Positions 1-4,545 of a stretch of 4,545 bases of DNA are shown here, in pieces. The stretch is from a virus (lineage: Duplodnaviria > Heunggongvirae > Uroviricota > Caudoviricetes): the IMG/VR virus record IMGVR_UViG_2541047968_000003, positions 1-4,545 of that record. One strand, given 5' to 3'. Positions within the stretch are counted from its first letter, which is position 1, and every line of letters begins with the position of its first letter. The notes beneath the pieces were generated by a model. The model did not search any database. It was not told where the DNA came from and saw nothing but the letters and a program-made list of their open reading frames with translations. The translations under genes and the position numbers were made by a program.

Positions 1-705
1 CTGCGTATCATCACTGATAACCTCAAACAGGAAGAGCACGCTATTGTGCAGGTGGAAGAAATGCAGGCGGTGAATGCCGTGCTGTATGGCAAATACACCA
101 TGGAAGGGGAACAGTTTGACACGGTTGAGGTGGATTTTGGACGCTCTGAAGGAAATAACATTGAGCAGGCCGACGGTAAAAAATGGTCTGAGCAGGACCG
201 TGATACGTTTGATCCGACGCATGATATTGACCTTTACTGCGATCAGGCCAGCGGTCTTGTGAATATTGCCATTATGGACGGTACTGTCTGGCGTCTGCTG
301 AATGGCTTTAAGCTTTTCCGCGAAAAACTGGATACCCGTCGCGGCTCAAATTCACAACTCGAAACGGCAGTGAAAGACCTGGGGGCGGTGGTGTCTTTCA
401 AAGGGTATTACGGTGATCTGGCCATTGTGGTGGCGAAAACGTCTTATGTGGCAGAAGACGGTACCGAAAAACGTTATCTGCCGGAGGGTACACTGGTCCT
501 GGGGAATACGGCAGCAGAGGGCATTCGTTGCTATGGTGCCATTCAGGATGCGCAGGCGTTGTCCGAAGGTGTGGTGGCCTCTTCCCGTTATCCGAAACAC
601 TGGCTGACGGTGGGGGATCCTGCCCGTGAATTTACCATGACGCAGTCCGCACCGCTGATGGTGTTGCCGGACCCGGATGAGTTTGTGGTGGTGCAGGTGA
701 AATAA
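1..705 (+). CDS. E: Major capsid protein, lambda gpE family; 5'-truncated by the window edge (C-terminal ~234 aa present)
   Basis: Frame 1 is open from nt 1 to the TAA at 703-705. The translation (LRIITDNLKQEEHAIVQVEEMQAVNAVLYGKYTMEGEQFD...KLDTRRGSNSQLETAVKDLG...ARYPKHWLTVGDPAREFTMTQSAPLMVLPDPDEFVVVQVK) closely follows the C-terminal two thirds of lambda gpE as I recall it (e.g. EKLDTRRGSNSELETAVKDLG, GDPAREFTMIQSAPLM, DPDEFVSVQLA). The M at 46 in the ORF track is internal, not the start. Confidence 0.95.
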   Translation: MRIITDNLKQEEHAIVQVEEMQAVNAVLYGKYTMEGEQFDTVEVDFGRSEGNNIEQADGKKWSEQDRDTFDPTHDIDLYCDQASGLVNIAIMDGTVWRLLNGFKLFREKLDTRRGSNSQLETAVKDLGAVVSFKGYYGDLAIVVAKTSYVAEDGTEKRYLPEGTLVLGNTAAEGIRCYGAIQDAQALSEGVVASSRYPKHWLTVGDPAREFTMTQSAPLMVLPDPDEFVVVQVK

Positions 706-713
706 TCCGTGAG

Positions 714-742
714 CGGGGGCGAAATGCCCCCGTGTCTTTTTT
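714..742 (+). terminator. Putative intrinsic terminator or RNA stem-loop between the capsid gene and the FI-like gene
   Basis: Perfect 7-bp GC-rich inverted repeat CGGGGGC (714-720) / GCCCCCG (726-732) with a 5-nt loop GAAAT, followed directly by TGTCTTTTTT (733-742). It sits 9 nt after the E stop and ends 15 nt before the FI ATG. Confidence 0.5.
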
Positions 743-756
743 CACAGGAGACCGAG

Positions 757-1140
757 ATGGCAACAAAAGAAGAAAATCTGAATCGCCTTCGTGAACTGTC
801 TGGCCTGCTGGGGCGAGAGGCGGATATGTCGGGGAGTGCTGCGGATATTGCTCAACGTGTGTCTGAGTGGGAAGAGGAGCTTGCTGTTTCCCCGGAGGGC
901 ATTATGCACTCTGATGAGAGCGGGGCTGATCAAAATCACACAGACGATGGTGAGCAGTTGAACAACACGGATGCTCCGGATGATGTTAAAGCCGTCCGGG
1001 TACGGAAGTGCCTGCAAGTAATGGGGTATTGCCCGGAGACAGGTCGTCCCGTTGAGCTGGCGTTACGGGGTATGCGTGTTCTGGTGCCATCATCACTGGC
1101 AACGGCCATGATACAGCACGGAACGGCTGAATATGCGTGA
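757..1140 (+). CDS. FI: Head assembly / DNA-packaging accessory protein, lambda gpFI-like
   Basis: ATG at 757 preceded by AGGAG (746-750, 6-nt spacer); TGA at 1138-1140. Position between E and FII, size (~127 aa), and an acidic central segment with a conserved-looking N-terminus (MATKEENLNRLRELSGLL, compare lambda FI MTKDELIARLRSLGEQL from memory). More divergent from lambda than its neighbours. Confidence 0.8.
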   Translation: MATKEENLNRLRELSGLLGREADMSGSAADIAQRVSEWEEELAVSPEGIMHSDESGADQNHTDDGEQLNNTDAPDDVKAVRVRKCLQVMGYCPETGRPVELALRGMRVLVPSSLATAMIQHGTAEYA

Positions 1141-1486
1141 TTTTCAGAATGCCTTTGATGCTGCCCTCGCCGGGGTGGACAGTACGATCGTTGAAGTGAT
1201 GGGGATCCGTGCGCAGTTCACCTCCGGAGCACAACGTGGCGGCGAAGTTCAGGGGGTTTTTGACGATCCGGAGTCGCTGGGTTTTGCCGGTGGCGGGGTC
1301 CGTATTGAAGGAAGCAGCCCGTCATTATTTGTGCGGACGGATACGGTGCGTGCCGTGCGGCGTGGTGACACGCTGACCATTAACGGCGAGATGTTCTGGG
1401 TGGATCGTGTTTCTCCGGATGACGGGGGAAGCTGTTATCTCTGGCTCAACCGTGGGCAACCACCCGCTGTTAACCGGCGACGATAA
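1133..1486 (+). CDS. FII: Head-tail joining (head completion) protein, lambda gpFII family
   Basis: ATG at 1133 overlaps the FI stop (ATGCGTGA). The translation MRDFQNAFDAALAG...GEVQGVFDDPESLGFAGGGVRIEGSSPSLFVRTDTVRAVRRGDTLTINGEMFWVDRVSPDDGGSCYLWLNRGQPPAVNRRR is near-collinear with lambda gpFII (…VFDDPEN…GVRVEGSSPSLFVRTDEVRQLRRGDTLTI…FWVDRVSPDDGGSCHLWLGRG…PPAVNRRR, from memory). TAA at 1484-1486. Confidence 0.93.
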   Translation: MRDFQNAFDAALAGVDSTIVEVMGIRAQFTSGAQRGGEVQGVFDDPESLGFAGGGVRIEGSSPSLFVRTDTVRAVRRGDTLTINGEMFWVDRVSPDDGGSCYLWLNRGQPPAVNRRR

Positions 1487-1501
1487 ACGCAGGGTGAAAT
1501 T

Positions 1502-2077
1502 ATGGCGATAAAAGGGCTTGATCAGGCGATTGATAATCTGAGCCGGGTTCGTAAAAACGCCATTCCGGCGGCTTCAGCAATGACGATTAACCGCGTGGCC
1601 ACAACGGCGATTAATCAGTCTTCATCACAGGTTGCCCGGGAGACAAAGGTACGCCGGAAACTGGTTAAGGAACGGTCCAGACTGAAACGGGCCACGGTCA
1701 GAAATCCGAATGCCAGAATTATCGTTAACCGCGGTGATCTCCCTGTGATTAAGCTGGGGATCAGAATGCTGGGGCGTCGTCCGGACAGCATACTCAAAGC
1801 CGGTCAGCATCGTTATCAGCGGGCATTTATCCAGCGATTAAATAATGGGCGCTGGCATGTTATGCAACGTCTTCCTCAGGCCAGATATGAGGAGGGCAAT
1901 GACGACAAGGGAAGGAAAAAGCGTAATCGCCTTCCCATTCAGGTGGTGAAAATCCCGATGGCGGCCCCACTGAAACAGGCATTTGATGAGAATGTTGACC
2001 GTATCCGGCGTGAACGCCTGCCTAAAGAACTGGCATACGCGCTGAAACAACAACTGAGGATTGCGATAAAACGATGA
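1502..2077 (+). CDS. Z: Tail completion (minor tail) protein, lambda gpZ family
   Basis: ATG at 1502, 15 nt after the FII stop; TGA at 2075-2077. N-terminus MAIKGLDQAIDNLSRVRKNAIPAASAMTINRVATTAINQSSSQVARETKVRRKLVKERSRLKRATV and C-terminus [25 protein letters not shown] match lambda gpZ (MAIKGLEQAVENLS…ARETKVRRKLVKERARLKRATV…ERIRRERLPKELGYALQHQLRMVIKR, from memory). Confidence 0.93.
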   Translation: MAIKGLDQAIDNLSRVRKNAIPAASAMTINRVATTAINQSSSQVARETKVRRKLVKERSRLKRATVRNPNARIIVNRGDLPVIKLGIRMLGRRPDSILKAGQHRYQRAFIQRLNNGRWHVMQRLPQARYEEGNDDKGRKKRNRLPIQVVKIPMAAPLKQAFDENVDRIRRERLPKELAYALKQQLRIAIKR

Positions 2078-2469
2078 AACACACTGACATTCGTGCCGCA
2101 GTGCTGGATGCACTCGAGCAGCATGAACACGGGGCGACGCTGTTTGATGGTCGCCCCGTTGTTTTTGACGAAGAGGATTTTCCTGCGATCGCGGTTTATC
2201 TGACGGATGCAGAGTATACCGGTGAAGAGCTGGATGCAGATACCTGGCGGGCCACACTGCATATTGAGGTGTTTTTACCGGCACAGGTACCTGATTCGGA
2301 GCTCGATCAGTGGATGGAAAGCCGGATTTATCCGGCGATGACTGCGATCCCTGCACTGGCAGGACTGATTACCACGATGGTTACGCAGGGCTATGAGTAT
2401 CGTCGTGATGACGATATGGCGTTATGGAGTTCTGCAGATCTGACTTATTCCATTACATACGAGATGTGA
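2074..2469 (+). CDS. U: Tail terminator protein, lambda gpU family
   Basis: ATG at 2074 overlaps the Z stop (ATGA). The 131-aa product [58 protein letters not shown]…[25 protein letters not shown]…YRRDDD…[15 protein letters not shown] is near-identical in layout and length to lambda gpU. TGA at 2467-2469. Confidence 0.95.
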   Translation: MKHTDIRAAVLDALEQHEHGATLFDGRPVVFDEEDFPAIAVYLTDAEYTGEELDADTWRATLHIEVFLPAQVPDSELDQWMESRIYPAMTAIPALAGLITTMVTQGYEYRRDDDMALWSSADLTYSITYEM

Positions 2470-2476
2470 GGACGAT

Positions 2477-3229
2477 ATGGCAACACCAAATCCCCTTGAG
2501 CCGGTAAAAGGTGCCGGTACCACTCTGTGGGTTTACAACGGCAAGGGTGATGCTTATGCAAACCCGTTGTCAGACGATGACTGGCAGCGACTGGCTAAGG
2601 TGAAGGATCTGACGCCGGGCGAGATGACGGCAGAACCCTACGATGATAACTACCTGGATGATGAAGACGCGGACTGGACCGCGACCGGGCAGGGGCAGAA
2701 GTCTGCAGGAGATACCAGTTTTACGCTGGCCTGGAAACCGGGAGAAGATGGTCAGAAAGGGCTTATAGGCTGGTTTGAAAGCGGGGATGTGCGGGCCTAT
2801 AAAATCCGTTTTCCGAACGGCACGGTGGATGTGTTTCGTGGCTGGGTCAGCAGTATCGGTAAGGCCGTGACGGCGAAAGAAGTGATCACCCGCACGGTGA
2901 AAGTGACCAACGTGGGCAAACCTTCCGTGGCGGAAGAACGCAGCAAAATTACGCCGGTCACTGCAATTAAGGTGACACCGACATCCGGTACCGTGGAAAA
3001 AGGAAAAACAACCACCCTGACGGTTTCTTTTGAGCCGGAAAGTGCAACCGACAAGACGTTCAGAGCGGTTTCCGCCGATCCGTCAACGGGAACCATTGCT
3101 GTGAAAGATATGGTGATCACTGTGACGGGGATTAAGGCCGGAAAAGTGAGTATCCCCGTGATTTCCGGTAATGGTCAGTTTGCCACGGTAGCTGAAGTCA
3201 CCGTTACTGAAGCGGGCGCTGCAGGGTAA
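2477..3229 (+). CDS. V: Major tail tube protein, lambda gpV family, with C-terminal Ig-like (Big_2-type) domain
   Basis: ATG at 2477 preceded by GAGGA (2468-2472); TAA at 3227-3229. The N-terminal ~160 aa (…[78 protein letters not shown]…[42 protein letters not shown]) match lambda gpV very closely. The T/V/K-rich C-terminal ~90 aa resembles its Ig-like domain. Confidence 0.95.
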   Translation: MATPNPLEPVKGAGTTLWVYNGKGDAYANPLSDDDWQRLAKVKDLTPGEMTAEPYDDNYLDDEDADWTATGQGQKSAGDTSFTLAWKPGEDGQKGLIGWFESGDVRAYKIRFPNGTVDVFRGWVSSIGKAVTAKEVITRTVKVTNVGKPSVAEERSKITPVTAIKVTPTSGTVEKGKTTTLTVSFEPESATDKTFRAVSADPSTGTIAVKDMVITVTGIKAGKVSIPVISGNGQFATVAEVTVTEAGAAG

Positions 3230-3242
3230 ACGGAGGTAATAC

Positions 3243-3674
3243 ATGTTTCTGAAAACAGAACAATTTGAATATAACGGTGTATCCGTCATGCTTTCTGAGC
3301 TGTCTGCGCTGCAGCGTATTGAGCATCTTGCCCTCCTGAAACGGCGGGCAGAAGAGGCTGAAGCCAGCGGCAACCTGCAGGTGAGTGTGGAAGATCTTGT
3401 CAGAACCGGCGCGTTTCTGGTGGCGATGTCCCTGTGGCATAACCATCCACAGAAAACGCAGTCACCGTCAATGAATGAGGCCGTGATGAAGATAGAGCAG
3501 GAAGTGCTCACCACCTGGCCTGCCGATGCCATTGCCCGGGCGGAAGACGTGGTGTTGTGCCTGTCCGGGATGATCGAAGCTGTTCGTCCGGATACTGATA
3601 TTACTGAAGTGGCGAAAAATAACACGCTGACTGATGATGATTTTTCTGCGGGAAAGTCTTCGACGGCGAGCTGA
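3243..3674 (+). CDS. G: Tail assembly chaperone, lambda gpG family (zero-frame product)
   Basis: ATG at 3243 preceded by GGAGG (3232-3236, 6-nt spacer); TGA at 3672-3674. MFLKTEQFEYNGVSVMLSELSALQRIEHLALLKRRAEEAEA…RTGAFLVAMSLWHNHPQKTQSPSMNEAV…IEQEVLTTWP…SAGKSSTAS parallels lambda gpG (MFLKTESFEHNGVTVTLSELSALQRIEHLALMKRQAEQAE…RTGAFLVAMSLWHNHPQKTQMPSMNEAV…, from memory). Confidence 0.93.
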   Translation: MFLKTEQFEYNGVSVMLSELSALQRIEHLALLKRRAEEAEASGNLQVSVEDLVRTGAFLVAMSLWHNHPQKTQSPSMNEAVMKIEQEVLTTWPADAIARAEDVVLCLSGMIEAVRPDTDITEVAKNNTLTDDDFSAGKSSTAS

Positions 3675-4114
3675 ATTTTGCCCTCAGACTGGCGCGTGAG
3701 ATGGGGAGACCCGACTGGCGCGCCATGCTTGCCGGGATGACATCCACCGAATATGCCGACTGGCGACATTTTTACCGCACGCATTATTTTCACGATACCC
3801 AGCTGGATATGCATTTTTCCGGGCTGACGTACGCCGTACTCAGCCTGTTTTTTTGCGATCCGGATATGCATCCCTCGGACTTCAGTCTGCTTGCCCCCCG
3901 GCATGAGGAAGAGCAGACGGCGATGCCGGACGAGGAAGACATGCTGATGCAGAAAGCGGCAGGACTTGCCGGAGGCGTCCGGTTCGGTGGGGACGGAAGG
4001 CGCGATATTTTATCGTCTGCGGATGTGGCGGATGTCATGGTGGATGATGCCGCATTAATGATGGCTTCAGCGGGGATTCCGGGAGGTGTGAGATATGTCC
4101 CAGCCGGTTGGTGA
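3243..4114 (+). CDS. T: Tail assembly chaperone fusion gpGT, made by -1 frameshift (G frame 3243-3656, then T frame 3656-4114)
   Basis: The T-frame ORF (track 3701..4114) has no credible independent start or RBS. Its translation (…GRPDWRAMLAGMTSTEYADWRHFYRTHYFHD…DMHFSGLTYAVLSLFF…DPDMHP…LMQKAAGLAGGVRFG…GGVRY) matches the lambda T segment, which is expressed only as the GT fusion. Predicted fusion ~290 aa; TGA at 4112-4114. Confidence 0.85.
3650..3656 (+). other. Programmed -1 ribosomal frameshift slippery heptamer G_GGA_AAG (G to GT recoding site)
   Basis: GGGAAAG at 3650-3656 has GGA (3651-3653) and AAG (3654-3656) as in-frame G codons 137-138, 6 codons before the G stop. The -1 frame continues open from 3656 as VFDGELNFALRLAREMGRPDWRAMLAGM…, the same junction as lambda G-T. 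Heptamer identity and position match the known lambda site. Confidence 0.85.
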
Positions 4115-4545
4115 TCTGGTTATTGACCTGAGTCTGGATGCGGTCCGTTTCGATGAGCAGATGACCCGGGTAAGGCGTCATTTTTCAGGACTGGAGAATG
4201 ATGCCAGAAAAACCGCCACTGCCGTTGAGCAGGGGCTGAGTCGTCAGGCGCTGGCTGCACAAAAAGCCGGGATTTCCGTCGGGCAGTATAAAGCTGCCAT
4301 GCGTATGCTGCCTGCGCAGTTCACCGACGTGGCCACGCAGCTTGCAGGCGGGCAAAGTCCGTGGCTGATCCTGCTGCAACAGGGGGGGCAGGTGAAGGAC
4401 TCCTTCGGCGGGATGATCCCCATGTTCAGGGGGCTTGCCGGTGCGATCACCCTGCCGATGGTCGGGGTCACCTCGCTGGCGGTGGCGACAGGTGCGCTGG
4501 CGTACGCCTGGTACCAGGGAGATTCCACGCTTTCAGAATTTAATA
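4095..4545 (+). CDS. H: Tail tape measure protein, lambda gpH family; 3'-truncated by the window edge (N-terminal ~150 aa)
   Basis: ATG at 4095 preceded by GGAGG (4082-4086, 8-nt spacer), overlapping the T 3' end by 20 nt; frame open to the window end, so absent from the ORF track. The translation MSQPVGDLVIDLSLDAVRFDEQMTRVRRHFSGLENDARKTATAVEQGLSRQALAAQKAGISVGQYKAAMRMLPAQFTDVATQLAGGQSPWLILLQQGGQVKDSFGGMIPMFRGLAGAITLPMVG…LAYAWYQG is nearly identical to the lambda gpH N-terminus as I recall it. Confidence 0.93.
   Translation, partial: MSQPVGDLVIDLSLDAVRFDEQMTRVRRHFSGLENDARKTATAVEQGLSRQALAAQKAGISVGQYKAAMRMLPAQFTDVATQLAGGQSPWLILLQQGGQVKDSFGGMIPMFRGLAGAITLPMVGVTSLAVATGALAYAWYQGDSTLSEFN

Noticed and set aside
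74-607. Small ORFs inside the capsid gene (74..262 +, 413..607 +, 352..600 -)
   Set aside because: They are nested out-of-frame or antisense within the conserved gpE coding sequence, with W/R/C-rich translations typical of off-frame reads.
709-1140. GTG start at 709 for the FI-like gene, as used in the ORF track
   Set aside because: It would place the terminator hairpin (714-742) inside the coding sequence and has no RBS. The ATG at 757 has a canonical AGGAG with 6-nt spacing and gives a lambda-FI-like N-terminus.
742-1234. Minus-strand ORFs 742..1017 and 986..1234 antisense to FI/FII
   Set aside because: Antisense to supported genes, no RBS, and low-complexity translation.
1838-2356. 172-aa and nested 107-aa (1939..2262) minus-strand ORFs antisense to Z and U
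   Set aside because: Antisense to conserved genes; Pro/Arg/His-rich junk-like translation; no independent support.
2797-3446. Minus-strand ORFs 2797..3120 and 3204..3446 antisense to V and G
   Set aside because: Antisense to conserved genes; no supporting signals.
3687-3722. 10-nt direct repeat GACTGGCGCG at 3687-3696 and 3713-3722, 30-70 nt downstream of the frameshift site
   Set aside because: It lies inside the coding sequence and encodes different amino acids in each copy (RLAR vs DWRA), both of which match conserved T residues. It is most simply explained by coding constraint or chance; the lambda G-T frameshift is not known to need a downstream stimulatory structure.
3083-3904. 273-aa ORF on the minus strand spanning the 3' end of V, all of G and part of T
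   Set aside because: It is antisense to three strongly supported, conserved phage genes. The translation is Arg/Ser/Cys/His-rich with no recognisable motifs and no RBS context. Long antisense ORFs are expected by chance in GC-rich coding DNA.
3701-4114. Stand-alone 137-aa ORF starting at ATG 3701 (T as an independent gene)
   Set aside because: There is no RBS upstream, and the frame is open back to the slippery site at 3650-3656. In lambda the T segment is expressed only as the GT frameshift fusion, so the ATG is an internal Met codon.
3790-4543. ORFs 3790..4038 (-), 4185..4379 (-), 4244..4528 (-) and 4361..4543 (+) overlapping T and H
   Set aside because: Antisense or off-frame relative to the conserved T and H reading frames, which are open and lambda-like.
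1-4545. Search for tRNA, CRISPR repeats, IS or transposon ends, attachment sites, or inserted accessory or defence genes
   Set aside because: None seen. Coding density is near 100% on the + strand, with no regularly spaced repeats, no terminal inverted repeats and no gap large enough to hold an extra gene.

Overview
The whole window is a tightly packed, single-strand (+) block of lambda-like phage late morphogenesis genes, in the same order as coliphage lambda: major capsid protein E (3' part, cut by the window start), FI, FII, Z, U, V, G, the G-T frameshift fusion, and the 5' part of the tape measure gene H. Assignments rest on my reading of the translated ORFs against lambda protein sequences recalled from memory, plus gene order, start/stop coupling and ribosome-binding sites; no database search or alignment was run. 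Gaps between genes are 0-51 nt, so there is no room for an inserted accessory gene, and all antisense or nested ORFs in the track look spurious. I do not see a previously undescribed system here. The points most worth a second look are a strong terminator-like hairpin between E and FI, the conserved G GGA AAG -1 frameshift site, the comparatively divergent FI-like gene, and the Ig-like C-terminal domain of V. The sequence is most likely from a lambdoid phage or prophage of an enterobacterial host; the host cannot be determined from this window.
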